DNA of 64,000 bases from an uncultured Actinomycetes bacterium (GTDB taxonomy: Bacteria > Actinomycetota > Actinomycetes > Streptosporangiales > Streptosporangiaceae): the NCBI GenBank assembly GCA_963707905.1, contig CAVPSA010000020.1, positions 4,320 to 68,319 on the forward strand, in the 5' to 3' direction. The notes below the pieces were generated by a model. The model did not search any database. It had not been told where the DNA came from and worked only from the letters and a program-made list of their open reading frames with translations. The position numbers were made by a program, and so were the translations under genes. Positions 49,001 to 56,399 of this stretch are shown in pieces. How positions within the stretch are numbered: position 1 is the stretch's first letter; each line of letters starts with the position of its first letter.

Positions 49001-50159
49001 CCATGATCTGAGCCGGCGGCCCCGGGGGCGGCGGCCCGCCTGGCCCGTCCAGGCCAGCGGCGGCCTCGTCGCGGGCCTGCGCCCGTTCCGCGGCGATCTC
49101 GTTCAGCCGGCCGCACAGCCGTTCCGCCAGCCGGCGTGAGTTGGCGAACACGATCGTCGACCGGTGCGCCTCGATCAGGTCGAGCACTTTCTCCTCGACG
49201 TGCGGCCAGATGGACCGCTGGCCCTGGGCGGCGTCACGCAGATCGGGTTCCCCGGCTTGTGCGCCACCGTCGGCCGGGCCGGCCGACGGGCGGAGGCTTG
49301 CGGGCGGCGGATCCGGGTCGGTCATGTCCTCGACCGGGACCACGATCCGCAGCTCCATCTGCTTGACGTAGGGCGGCGCCGCTATCGTCACCGGCCGGGC
49401 GCCGCCGAGGAACGTGGCCACCTCCTCCGGCGGCCGGACGGTGGCCGACAGCCCGATCCGCTGGGCCGGGCCGGCGGGCTCGTCCTGGCCGGGCTCGCCC
49501 GGCACGGCGCCGCTCCGCAGCGCGTCCAGCCGTTCCAGCGAGATGGCCAGGTGAGCGCCGCGCTTGTTGCCGGCCAGGGCGTGCACCTCGTCCACGATGA
49601 CGGTGTCCACGCCGCGCAGCGACTCGCGCGCCTTCGAGGTCAGGATGAGGAACAGCGACTCGGGCGTGGTGATAAGGATGTCCGGCGGCTTGCTGGACAG
49701 CCGCCGCCGCTCGTCGGCGCCGGTGTCGCCGGTGCGCACCGCCACCCGGATGTCCGGCTCGGGCACCCCGCGGCGCTGCGCGACCTGGCGGATCCCGGCC
49801 AGTGGGGCGCGCAGGTTCCGCTCGATGTCCACCGCAAGGGCCTTGAGCGGCGAGATGTAAAGCACCCGGCAGCGCTGCTTCGGATCGGCGGCCACCGGGC
49901 TGCTGGCCAGCCGGTCAAGCGCCCACAGGAACGCCGCCAGCGTCTTACCTGACCCGGTGGGCGCGATCACCAGCGTGTTGTCGCCGGCTGCGATGGAGGC
50001 CCACGCGCCCGCCTGCGCTGGAGTCGGCTCGGTGAACGCGCCGTTGAACCATTCCCTGGTCAGCGCGCCGAACCCGGCCAGCGGATCCGTGCCCGTGCCC
50101 GCGTCGTCGGCGCGCGCCCGTGACGGCGCTTCGCTCCTGGCTCGGGTCCTGGCGGGCAT
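45942..50159 (-). CDS. lhr: Lhr-family ATP-dependent helicase, N-terminal ~1400 aa (helicase core plus most of the C-terminal region); ends in a low-complexity stretch
   Basis: TEPTPAQAGAWASIAAGDNTLVIAPTGSGKTLAAF (motif I), VIVDEVHAL (DEVH), LSATV, HHGSVSRQER, and ATSSLELGIDMG followed by RTGRAGH (TGRAGR-type motif VI). ATG at 50159. Confidence 0.88.
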   Translation of the reverse strand: MPARTRARSEAPSRARADDAGTGTDPLAGFGALTREWFNGAFTEPTPAQAGAWASIAAGDNTLVIAPTGSGKTLAAFLWALDRLASSPVAADPKQRCRVLYISPLKALAVDIERNLRAPLAGIRQVAQRRGVPEPDIRVAVRTGDTGADERRRLSSKPPDILITTPESLFLILTSKARESLRGVDTVIVDEVHALAGNKRGAHLAISLERLDALRSGAVPGEPGQDEPAGPAQRIGLSATVRPPEEVATFLGGARPVTIAAPPYVKQMELRIVVPVEDMTDPDPPPASLRPSAGPADGGAQAGEPDLRDAAQGQRSIWPHVEEKVLDLIEAHRSTIVFANSRRLAERLCGRLNEIAAERAQARDEAAAGLDGPGGPPPPGPPAQIMAQSGAAAGAPAEVARAHHGSVSRQERAQIEEALKAGRLPAVVATSSLELGIDMGAVDLVIQVESAPSVASGLQRTGRAGHRVGDVSRSVIFPKYPGDLVEATVVVQRMRDGEIEELRVPRNPLDVLAQQIVAMVAMDDWQVGDVERLVRRAAPFSGLTRGVLDAVLDMLAGRYPSEEFAELRPRLIWDRTTGTLRGRPGAQRLAVTSGGTIPDRGLFGVFLAGPQRQGRNSHRVGELDEEMVYESRVGDVFVLGASSWRIEDITADQVLVSPAPGQPGRLPFWHGDTMGRPAELGRAVGAFCREIAAAGREEAATRLRIAGLDDLAAQNLIRYLDGQREATGYLPDDRTLVMERFRDELGDWRLVLHSPYGARVHAPWALAIAARLRERYEGMDVQALHTDDGIVLRVPDTDEPPPAGIAELAAEEVEPLVTAELGGSALFASRFRECAARSLLLPRRRPGHRSPLWQQRQRSAQLLAVASKYGTFPVVLETVRECLQDTFDVPALAGLMRDLASRKVRLVEVETPAPSPFARSLLFSYVGAFMYEGDSPLAERRAQALALDSSLLAELLGQADLRELLDPAVVGQVEAELQRLTAERACRSLEAVADLLRVIGPLSPAEVAQRCAEPGMAGGWLAELDASRRAIEVRIGGEARWAAIEDAGRLRDALGVPLPPGVPVAFTEPVPDPLGDLVARYARGHGPFTAPAAAARYGLGVAVITGTLHRLAAEHRVVEGEFVPGGRGTEWCDAEVLRMLRRRCLAKLRKEVEPAPPEALAAFLPAWQNAGQPAGGPRRGAAGRAAGGWRPASADAVFDVVDQLAGAALPASALETLVLPGRVRGYQPAVLDELTAAGEIVWSGAGGLPGGDGWVVLAPAQAVPLLLPPPAEITMTPVHDAVLAVLEGGGGLFFRMLADRVAGMLRDHDWRGLSDMAVAAAIWDLVWAGRLTNDTLAPLRTVLGTGRPVFDGVPPGRQAVPAAPGPLAGTGSGVNGGARGPGAGQGGAGPAPGARRRRCGPGEQH

Positions 50160-50301
50160 CCTTCCATCCTGCCCTGCCCTGCGGACAATTCCGCCCACGA
50201 GTGCCGGGCCGCCCGGCCAGCCGTACCACAGTCCTCCACCTGCGATGGGCATGAATATGACAGCGACGCCCTTAGAGGGGCACTAAATCCACATTCACAC
50301 T

Positions 50302-50335
50302 GGGGGGAGGGGGCGCATGCGGGGGAGTAGGGGGG
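50302..50335 (+). other. G-quadruplex-forming motif (four G5-6 tracts) upstream of lhr, on its template strand
   Basis: GGGGGG-A-GGGGG-CGCATGC-GGGGG-AGTA-GGGGGG read at 50302-50335. Confidence 0.6.
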
Positions 50336-50340
50336 CGAGA

Positions 50341-50415
50341 GGCTTGCCGGGCACAGGCTTGCCGGGCACAGGCTTGCCGGGCACAGGCTTGCCGGGCACA
50401 GGCTTGCCGGGCACA
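50341..50415 (+). repeat. Perfect 15-bp tandem repeat x5 (ggcttgccgggcaca)
   Basis: Units at 50341, 50356, 50371, 50386 and 50401, located between the stop of the septum-formation-like gene (50423) and the lhr start (50159). Confidence 0.95.
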
Positions 50416-50422
50416 TGGCGGG

Positions 50423-51034
50423 TCAGGGGCCGGCGGCGCGGACGGAGCCGGTCAGCTTGCCCTGAGTGCTGCGGATCTCGCAGATGACCATGTGCTCGCC
50501 CGCCGCCCAGGCACCCTGGTTGGGGTAGGCGTAGGACTCAGCCATGCCGCTGGTGTCCAGTTGCGGGTTCAGGTAGCCGGTAAGCCTGGCCTGACAGCCC
50601 GCCCGGGCCTGGCTGCTGAGAGCGGCGCCGCCCGGCCAGTCGCGGCCCACCACGCGGAACGCGCCGTAGATCTCCCCGTCATGCGGCGCGCGGCAGGAGA
50701 CCGCGTGCGCCCCGGCGATTCCGTTCGGCAAAGAATTGAAGCACTGGCCCGGCTGCAATCCGAACACGGTGGCGCGAAGCGGATGTGCTGCCGGGGGCGG
50801 CGGCCAGTGCGAGCGATGCAGCAGCAGGGCAGCGGTCACCGCTGCCGCGGCGACGGCTACCGCAATGCTGACCACGAACAGGATGACGAGCACGCGCCTC
50901 CCGCGCCGACGAGGGCTGGCGGGTGCCGGCGCGCCGGCCGGAGCCTGGCCGGGCCGCGCGGGCGCGCGGGCAGGGCTGGGGGCCTTGTCCTCCAGGCTCG
51001 TTGAGGCAGGGCCGGTCTCCGCCATCTCGTTCAT
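50423..51034 (-). CDS. Membrane-anchored septum-formation-family (Septum_form-like) protein
   Basis: Disordered P/A-rich N-terminus. TM: VLVILFVVSIAVAVAAAAVTAALLL. Extracellular Cys-containing domain: GQCFNSL...HAVSCRAPHDGEIYG...AGCQARL...GEHMVICEI. Start at ATG 51034. Confidence 0.55.
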   Translation of the reverse strand: MNEMAETGPASTSLEDKAPSPARAPARPGQAPAGAPAPASPRRRGRRVLVILFVVSIAVAVAAAAVTAALLLHRSHWPPPPAAHPLRATVFGLQPGQCFNSLPNGIAGAHAVSCRAPHDGEIYGAFRVVGRDWPGGAALSSQARAGCQARLTGYLNPQLDTSGMAESYAYPNQGAWAAGEHMVICEIRSTQGKLTGSVRAAGP

Positions 51035-51190
51035 CGCGCCCCGTCCCAAAACTTCTGTCGGAGAAGCTTCCCCGGGGTACTCGTACCCGGTCACGCACCA
51101 GACATTCCCGTACATTTCTTGGCCGGGCCTGCGGCCTGCCGCAAACTCCGCTGGGGTGTCCGAGCGGGCGAAGGGGATAGCGTCGAACCC

Positions 51191-52465
51191 GTGAGGCTCT
51201 CCGGGCAGCCAGCCATCGCCGTCGCGGCGCTCGTGCTGGCGCTGTCGGCCTGCAGTTCCAACACGTCGCAAGGCGCGCCAGCACCCCGATCAGCAGCGAC
51301 TGGTCCCGTGGTGTCCAGCGTCACCGCGCCTGGCTGCAGCGCCGCGGCCGCGGCCGGGAGGCAGCTTCCGGCCGGGCTGGCCCGGCTGTCACCGGTGCCC
51401 GGCGACCCGTTCGGCGTCGCGGTGACCGCGGACGGGCGCTGGTCCTTCGTGTCGCTGCTGCCCAACGGGAGCGGGGGCGCGATCGGCGTGTTCGCCGACG
51501 CCGGGTCCGCCGTCCCCAGGCTGGTCCGGCAGATTCCGGTGAGCGGCCAGCCGCTGGGCGTGACGCTCACGGCGGACGGCCGCTACCTGCTCGCCGCGAA
51601 CGGCAGTGGCGCCACGGTGGTCAGCGTGCAGGCCGCCGAACAGGGCAGCGGGAACGCGGTCCTGGGCACGCTGAGGAGTGGCGGCAGCGGGCCGGCAGGC
51701 GGCGCGATCGAGGTGGCCACCTCACGCGACGGCAGGTTCGCCTTCGTCAGCCTGGAAGACTCGGAAAAGATCGCGGTCTTCAACCTGCAGCAGGCGCTGG
51801 CCAGCCACTTCCGCAGCTCCGGCTTCGTCGGGGACGTGCCGGCCGGGGTCGCGCCGGTCGGGCTGGCTGTGTCGCCGAACGGGGACTGGCTGTACTCGAC
51901 CAGCGAGCTGCAGTCCTTCAGCGAGCTGCGGCGGGCCGCACACCATGGCACACAGAGCCTCGAGCTGGGCGGCCGGGGAACGCTGGCGGTGATCAGCGTG
52001 CACAAGGCGGAGACCGATCCGGCGCACGCGATCGTGTCCACGGTCACCGCCGGCTGCAGCCCGGTGCGGGTGATCACTTCCACGAGCGGCGGGACGGTGT
52101 GGGTGACCGCGCGGGGGAGTGACATGCTGCTCGGCTTCTCCGCTTCCCGGCTGCGCGGGGACCCGGCGCACTCGCTGATCGCACGGGCCGAGGTGGGGGA
52201 GGCGCCGGTCGGGCTGGCCCTGGTGGACGGCGGGCAGCGAGTGGTCGTCGCCGACTCCAACCGGTTCAGCCAGCAGGGTGCGAAGTCCAGCCTCGCGGTG
52301 GTGGATGTCGCCGCGGCCCTCGCGCACCGGCCCGCGCTGGCCGGGTACCTGCCCGCCGGGGGGTTCCCGCGGCAGATGGCCCTGGAACCGGACGGCCGCG
52401 TCCTGCTGGTGACGGACTTCGCCTCGCGGCAACTTGAGACGGTGAACGTCGCGAGCCTGCCCTGA
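51191..52465 (+). CDS. Lipoprotein with YncE/YVTN-type beta-propeller repeats
   Basis: Lipobox AVAALVLALSAC after the GTG at 51191. Repeated motifs GQPLGVTLTADGRYLLAANG, APVGLAVSPNGDWLYSTSE and APVGLALVDGGQRVVVADSN. Confidence 0.55.
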   Translation: MRLSGQPAIAVAALVLALSACSSNTSQGAPAPRSAATGPVVSSVTAPGCSAAAAAGRQLPAGLARLSPVPGDPFGVAVTADGRWSFVSLLPNGSGGAIGVFADAGSAVPRLVRQIPVSGQPLGVTLTADGRYLLAANGSGATVVSVQAAEQGSGNAVLGTLRSGGSGPAGGAIEVATSRDGRFAFVSLEDSEKIAVFNLQQALASHFRSSGFVGDVPAGVAPVGLAVSPNGDWLYSTSELQSFSELRRAAHHGTQSLELGGRGTLAVISVHKAETDPAHAIVSTVTAGCSPVRVITSTSGGTVWVTARGSDMLLGFSASRLRGDPAHSLIARAEVGEAPVGLALVDGGQRVVVADSNRFSQQGAKSSLAVVDVAAALAHRPALAGYLPAGGFPRQMALEPDGRVLLVTDFASRQLETVNVASLP

Positions 52466-52595
52466 TGCGCGGCCCGTGTCCCGCGCGCCGCTGAGACGGT
52501 GCCGTAGGGCTGCGCGGCGCGGTGGGTCCGAGAGCTTGGGCTGTGCGGCTGGTGTCCCGGGCTGTGCGGGCCCGGGCCGCCGGTACCCTGGCGCC

Positions 52596-52790
52596 GTGCG
52601 GCTCACGGTGTTCTGGGAAAAGATGCGCGGGCAGTTCGGCGAGGCCTACGCCGCCAGCGTTGCCAAGGACTATGTGCTGACCGGGCTGGGCGGCGCGACG
52701 GTGAACCAGGCCCTGGCCGCGGGGAAGGAACCGAAAACCGTGTGGCTCGCGGTGTGTGAGGCCTTCGAGATACCGGAGGAATCGCGCTGA
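52596..52790 (+). CDS. DUF3046-family small protein (conserved upstream partner of actinobacterial recA)
   Basis: VRLTVFWEKMRGQFGEAYAASVAKDYVLTGLGGATVNQALAAGKEPKTVWLAVCEAFEIPE. Position immediately 5' of recA. GTG at 52596. Confidence 0.75.
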   Translation: MRLTVFWEKMRGQFGEAYAASVAKDYVLTGLGGATVNQALAAGKEPKTVWLAVCEAFEIPEESR

Positions 52791-52883
52791 CGCCATTCCC
52801 GGCCAGGGGGCTGGCAGGCTCCCGCGGCCGGGATGATGGCGGCCGGATGTTTCTTCTCGAACGTGTGCGTGTCCTGCGCCTGA

Positions 52884-52899
52884 TCGAACAGTTGTTCGC
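52884..52899 (+). promoter_or_regulatory. LexA SOS box (TCGAAC-AGTT-GTTCGC) with a TAGAGT -10-like hexamer immediately downstream
   Basis: 15/16 match to the actinobacterial consensus TCGAAC-N4-GTTCGA. TAGAGT lies at 52901-52906. An extra TCGAAC half-site lies at 52857. Confidence 0.75.
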
Positions 52900-52978
52900 C
52901 TAGAGTGGTGAGCTGTGTGGCGGCCGCTGTGGCGGCCGCGGCGCGATCTCGATTGGTGGTCACCGCGCGGGAGAGTTT

Positions 52979-53000
52979 TGTCGGTGGCGGCGCGTAGCGT
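52979..53000 (+). promoter_or_regulatory. RecA-NDp (PafBC-type, LexA-independent DNA-damage) promoter motif
   Basis: TTGTCGGTGGC-GGCGCG-TAGCGT matches tTGTCRGTGGC-N6-TAnnnT, ~40 nt upstream of the recA ATG. Confidence 0.7.
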
Positions 53001-53040
53001 CAGCGCGGACAAAGAAGCCCCTTACCCAATGGGAGTACCC

Positions 53041-55318
53041 ATGGCAGGCATCGACAGGCCGGGCGGGAAAGCCGGCGACAGGGACAAGTCCCTGGAAACC
53101 GCCCTCGCCCAGATCGAGCGGCAGTTCGGCAGAGGCTCCGTCATGCGGCTGGGTGACGAGGTCCGGGCACCGATCGAGGTGATCCCTACCGGGGCGATCT
53201 CGCTGGACATCGCCCTGGGTATCGGGGGGCTCCCACGCGGCCGGGTCGTGGAAATATATGGACCCGAAGGAACGCGGCAAGACCACCCTGGCCCTCGAAG
53301 CGATCGCTAACGCACAGAAAGCGGGCGGGATCGCAGCCTTCATCGACGCCGAGCACGCCCTCGACCCCGAGTACGCCGGGAAGCTCGGCGTGGACACTGA
53401 CGCGCTGCTGGTCTCCCAGCCGGACACCGGCGAGCAGGCACTGGAGATCGCAGACATGCTGATCCGCTCCAGCGCGATCGACGTCATCGTCATCGACTCC
53501 GTCGCCGCGCTGGTGCCACGGGCCGAGATCGAGGGCGAGATGGGGGACAGCCCACGTCGGCCTGCAGGCCCGGCTCATGTCGCAGGCCTTGCGCAAGCTC
53601 GCGGGCGCGCTGAACCAGACCAAGACCACCGCGATCTTCATCAACCAGCTGCGGGAAAAGGTCGGGGTCATGTTCGGCTGTATGTCCTACTCGACCAGGG
53701 TCACCCTGGCTGACGGCACCCAGGAGAAGATCGGCAAGATCGTCAACCAGCGGATGGACGTCGAGGTCCTTTCTTACGATCCGGAGACCGATCGCGTGGT
53801 TCCCCGGCGTATCGTCAACTGGTTCAACAACGGCAAGGCCGAGCAGTTCCTGCAGTTCACCGTTGCCAAGTCGGGGAAGAACGGGCGGGCGCAGTTCGCC
53901 GCAACCGAGAACCACCTCATCCGCACCCCCGGTGGCTGGCGCCCAGCTGGTGAGCTGATTCCCGGTGACCGGGTCCTCGTCGCGGAGCAGCAGATCCTCG
54001 GCGCACAGCAAGCCCAGGTGATCCTCGGGTCGCTCATGGGGGACGGGGCGCTATCCCCGAACCTCCGCGGCAGGTCCGGCACCCGGTTCCGGATGGGGCA
54101 CGGTGCGAAGCAGGCGGCTTACCTGGACTGGAAGGTGTCCCTGCTGGACAACATCCCGCATACGAGGACGTCGAACGCCAAGGGTGCGGTCTTCGTCGAC
54201 TTCACCCCACTGCCCGAACTGGGAGAGCTGCGCGAGACCGTCTACTTCGGCGATGGCAAAAAGCACCTCACCTGGGACTATCTCAAGAGCCTCACGCCGC
54301 TCGCGCTGGCGGTCTGGTACATGGACGACGGCTCCTTCACCGTCCGCTCGAAGGGCGTCCAGGAGCGCACCAGGGGCGGCACGGGCCGGATCGAGATCTG
54401 TGTCGAGGCGATGAGCCCGGGCTCAAGGGAGCGGCTCGTCGACTACCTTCGGGACGCTTACCGGCTGGATGTGAAGGTCACCGCCCGGGGGGCACGCAAG
54501 GTGAGCGTTCTCCAGTTCACCACCGCGGCGTCGGCGGAGTTCCAGAAGCTCATCGCGCCTTATGTCCACCCATCGATGGACTACAAACTGCTGCCGAGGT
54601 TCCAGGGCAGGTTCGCCATGCAGCCGGAGTTCGCTGCCGGCGAGGACCCGGCCCGTCCCTGCTCAGGTCCTGGACATCCACGTCAAGCCGCCGACTCGGT
54701 CGATGAGCCGTTTCGACATCGAGGTCGAGGGATCGCATTGCTACTTCGTGGATGGCGTCATGGTTCACAACAGCCCCGAGACCACCTCTGGGGGGCGGGC
54801 GCTGAAGTTCTACTCCTCCGTCCGGCTCGACGTGCGCCGGATCGAGACGCTCAAGGACGGCACCGATGCCGTCGGCAACCGCACCAAGGTGAAGGTCGTC
54901 AAGAACAAGGTGGCGCCCCCCTTCAAGCACCGCGGAGTTCGACATCCTGTTCGGGACCGGCATCAGCCGGGAGGGTGGCCTGATCGACCTCGGGGTCGAG
55001 CAGAACATCGTGCGCAAGTCCGGTGCCTGGTACACCTACGAGGGCGACCAACTCGGGCAGGGCAAGGAGAACGCGCGGAACTTCCTGCGTGACAACCCCG
55101 ATCTTGCCAACGAGATCGAGAAGAAGATCAAGGAGAAGCTCGGCGTCGGCGCACGCCTGGACGCGGAGGCGGCGGACAAGGAGCCGGCGTCGGGTGCGGG
55201 CCTGCGCGCGGTCCCGAATGGGGCCGCAGCCGCGGCAGGCACGGCAGCCGCGGCTGCGGGTGCGTCCGGCGGCCGGGGTGTCACCAGGGTCACCGGCGGG
55301 CCCGGTGGTGCCGGGTAG
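53041..55318 (+). pseudogene. recA: recA with a RecA-b-site intein; the reading frame is broken by four single-nucleotide insertions (three in exteins, one in the intein)
   Basis: RecA sequence is spread over five successive frames (ORFs 52915, 53258, 53577, 54562, 55010; frame index 1-2-0-1-2). Shifts: 53269-53275 in the P-loop (GPE|xx|GKTT has 7 nt where 6 are expected); 53551-53553 (GDS[14 protein letters not shown]); ~54640-54660 (inside the intein); 54928-54931 (PPFK[12 protein letters not shown]). Apart from these shifts, every extein segment matches the canonical RecA sequence. Confidence 0.85.
53679..54771 (+). mobile_element. RecA intein (about 364 aa if the frame is repaired) with a LAGLIDADG homing-endonuclease domain, inserted at ...GVMFG/SPETT...
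   Basis: Starts [19 protein letters not shown] (Cys1, block A). Block B: [18 protein letters not shown] motifs: [11 protein letters not shown] and [11 protein letters not shown]. Ends [20 protein letters not shown] followed by +1 Ser. The length is 1093 nt (3n+1), so it carries one of the four frameshifts. Confidence 0.85.
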
Positions 55319-55323
55319 CTCTC

Positions 55324-56214
55324 ATGGCACGGGATAGGGGCCTCCCGGGCCAGGGAGGCCGCAGAACCAGGAGCGGGTCATCCGGCCGGAAGACCGGCAC
55401 CGGGCACCTGACCTTGGTCCCAGGTCCCGGATTGGTGCCGGGTGCTGACGAGGAGGCCGCCGAGGCGTTCGCCGCCGCGGGTTCCGCCGAGGCAGATCCC
55501 GGCGCGGAGTCCGGCGGTCCGGGCGAGCGCCGCGCTGGCCGTCGCCATGCCCGGAACCCCGGCGGCGCAGGCCCCGGCGCTCCGGGCTCCGGCGCTCCGG
55601 GCTCCGGTGGTGCGCGTTCGGGTGATGCGGATCCCTGGGAGACCGGTTCCGGCGGCGTGAATTCCGCTGGCGCGGACCCTGGTAGCGAGGAGGCGGCGCG
55701 GGCGATCTGCTTGCGGTTGCTCACCGCCGGGCCGCGCACCCGGGCACAGCTGGCCACCGCGCTGCGCAAGCGGAAGATTCCGGACGAGGTCGCGGAATCC
55801 GTGCTGAGCCGGTTCGCTGAGGTCGGCTTGATCGACGACGAGGCCTTCGCCCGGGCGTGGGTGGAGAGCCGGCACCACGGCCGCGGCCTCGCCCGCCGCG
55901 CGCTCAGCGCCGAACTGCGGCAGCGCGGGATACCCGACGGCGCAGTGCGGTCGGCGGTGGGCCTGCTCGGGCCACAGGACGAACTGGCCACCGCCCGGCG
56001 GCTGGTGGCCAAGCGGCTGCCGGCCAGCCGGGGGAAGCCGATGCCAGCCCGGGCCCGGCAGCTGATGGGCATGCTGGCCCGTAAGGGCTATCCGGCTGGC
56101 CTGGCCGCTCAGGTGGTGCGGGAAGCCCTGGAACAAGAGCAGGAAGACGATGCGGGCCGCGGGGCGGATCTGGCGTGGATTAGCGAAGACGGCGCCGGTG
56201 ACGATTGGCTGTGA
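55324..56214 (+). CDS. recX: Recombination regulator RecX with a long Gly/Pro/Ala-rich N-terminal extension
   Basis: EEAARAICLRLLTAGPRTRAQLATALRKRKIPDEVAESVLSRFAEVGLIDDEAFARAWVESRHHGRGLARRALSAELRQRGI. ATG lies 5 nt after the recA stop. Confidence 0.85.
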   Translation: MARDRGLPGQGGRRTRSGSSGRKTGTGHLTLVPGPGLVPGADEEAAEAFAAAGSAEADPGAESGGPGERRAGRRHARNPGGAGPGAPGSGAPGSGGARSGDADPWETGSGGVNSAGADPGSEEAARAICLRLLTAGPRTRAQLATALRKRKIPDEVAESVLSRFAEVGLIDDEAFARAWVESRHHGRGLARRALSAELRQRGIPDGAVRSAVGLLGPQDELATARRLVAKRLPASRGKPMPARARQLMGMLARKGYPAGLAAQVVREALEQEQEDDAGRGADLAWISEDGAGDDWL

Positions 56215-56340
56215 GCGGCGCACGGTGCGTTGAGTAACGGAAGCATCACTAGGCCGAGCTTGCCCAAATTGTTATCAGCGCTTAACCTCACGGCAGCGAG
56301 GTGTTAGACCGTTAGAGGCGATTGGGAACATACGACACGC

Positions 56341-56399
56341 CCGGCAACTGGTTGCGCCCGGTTGCCGGTAAGGACACAGATCCGGCCTGCGGCCGGATC
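56341..56399 (+). terminator. Two consecutive GC hairpins ~130-185 nt downstream of recX (8-bp stem CCGGCAAC/GTTGCCGG; 9-bp stem GATCCGGCC/GGCCGGATC)
   Basis: Read at 56341-56368 and 56379-56399. No U-tracts. Confidence 0.3.

Noticed and set aside
50283-50294. Weak DnaA-box-like AAATCCACA upstream of lhr.
   Set aside because: Only a 7/9 match and isolated, unlike the perfect pair at 20429-20466.
50060-50416. 118-aa minus-strand ORF beginning M(CPASL)x5, encoded by the 15-bp repeat array and running into the lhr 5' region.
   Set aside because: It is created by the repeat itself, has no RBS, overlaps the lhr start in another frame, and the rest of the sequence is shadow-frame-like.
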